Origin: an uncultured bacterium
Lineage (GTDB): Bacteria > Auribacterota > Erginobacteria > Erginobacterales > Erginobacteraceae
Assembly: GCA_963822585.1 (NCBI GenBank)
Contig: CAWGIE010000036.1
Coordinates: forward strand, 256,001 to 320,000
Reading direction: 5' to 3'
DNA length: 64,000 nucleotides
Within the stretch, counting starts at the first letter, position 1. Each line of letters opens with the position of its first letter. Positions 63,203-64,000 of this stretch are shown here, piece after piece. The notes under the pieces were generated by a model. That model made no database searches and was not told where the DNA came from. It was given only the letters and a program-made list of their open reading frames with translations. Position numbers and translations under genes: made by a program.

Positions 63203-64000
63203 ATGAGCGCTATCGTCACATTGAAGATTGAGGACGTCGTCTATCCCGGCCGGGGCCTGGCGCGCCGGGACGGATGCGTCATCTTCATCGCGGGGGTGCT
63301 CCCCGGAGAAACCGTCACCGCGGAGATAACCCGGCAGCGCAAGACCTACGCCGAGGCGCGACTTGTCCATGTCGAGACCCCCTCGCTCCGGCGGATCGAA
63401 CCCGCCTGTCCCCTGGCCGGCACCTGCCCCGGATGCTGCTACCAGCACATGGAGTACGGGGAGGAACTGCGGCTGAAACAGGCTCAGTTTGAAAACCTGC
63501 TGCGACGGATCGGCCGCGTCGAAAAAATTTCCCCGGCCCCGCCCGTACCCTCACCGGCGTCGCTCGGCTATCGAAACCGGATTACCCTACACGCGGCAGG
63601 GGCCGGAGCATCATCTCCGGATCCGGAGAGGGAAATCCGCCTCGGCTATTTCGGTTTTGATAACAGGTCGGTTATCGACGTCCCGCACTGCCCCCTGGCG
63701 ATCGATGAGATCAATCGCCTGCTCAAGCATGCCCGGGACGATCGTCAATGGCTGGCCGCTCTGAGCAGCGGAGATACCGTCTCACTCCGTTACACGGAGA
63801 CCGAGGGGGCGATCCTCTGGCTGAACCGCGCCTCCCCGGAGAAGGAATCTCTGATCGAGACCACCTGTCTTGGTCCGATATCGGTTCCTTACCGCTCTTT
63901 TTTCCAGGTGAACATTCCCATCGCCGACGCCCTGATCCGTCGGGTGCAGGACCTCCTTCGCGCTTTCAGTCCCGCGGCCATGGTCGATCTCTACTGCGGG
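63203..64000 (+). CDS. TRAM-domain class I SAM-dependent RNA methyltransferase (RlmD/RumA-like), partial
   Basis: Manual translation from ATG 63203: MSAIVTLKIEDVVYPGRGLAR...LPGE...CPLAGTCPGCCYQH...SFFQVN...DLYCG; runs off the window. Confidence 0.85.
   Translation, partial: MSAIVTLKIEDVVYPGRGLARRDGCVIFIAGVLPGETVTAEITRQRKTYAEARLVHVETPSLRRIEPACPLAGTCPGCCYQHMEYGEELRLKQAQFENLLRRIGRVEKISPAPPVPSPASLGYRNRITLHAAGAGASSPDPEREIRLGYFGFDNRSVIDVPHCPLAIDEINRLLKHARDDRQWLAALSSGDTVSLRYTETEGAILWLNRASPEKESLIETTCLGPISVPYRSFFQVNIPIADALIRRVQDLLRAFSPAAMVDLYCG

Overview
A 64-kb, GC-rich, mostly housekeeping bacterial chromosome segment. A PVC-related lineage is plausible from the C-terminal 'GDYNGDG..GLWAIRGVTRVYFG' repeats and the PxWxP-type proteins, but this is inference only. 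Most genes are on the minus strand. Gene content: nucleoside phosphorylase-like (partial), a large SBBP/FG-GAP surface protein, trkH-trkA, mutY, nadE, a hybrid kinase, rmd-like/gmd/manA, HU, two tandem malQ, a TMTC-like TPR membrane protein, HDAC, an active plus inactive Deg-protease pair, DUF362, ligA, a metallophosphoesterase, tRNA-Pro(CGG), a complete ISL3 element, dedA, pcm, a glycolipid GT/acyltransferase cluster, an aminotransferase, argS, rsfS-nadD-proB-obgE-rpmA-rplU-rng, a radical SAM pair, rodA-mrdA-mreDCB, hflX, miaA, mutL, comM and a partial TRAM/RlmD-type methyltransferase. The unusual feature is the DNA between genes. Many gene junctions carry palindromic non-coding modules built from a shared grammar: (i) short junction hairpins with 3-nt loops that mostly read C-GNA-G on the coding strand, placed at stop/start codons; (ii) a conserved boundary motif (c/t)tgc(c/t)tc(g/a)gaatttcaa; (iii) interchangeable cargo made of inverted arrays of 7-, 8-, 9- or 10-nt repeats, or a 179-bp structured element; (iv) arrays of half-elements separated by GGGGCCGAGGCGGGG. 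The same material has entered miaA in frame (about 140-150 extra residues) and supplies the stop codons or C-termini of several genes. No enzyme for this system is visible in the window.
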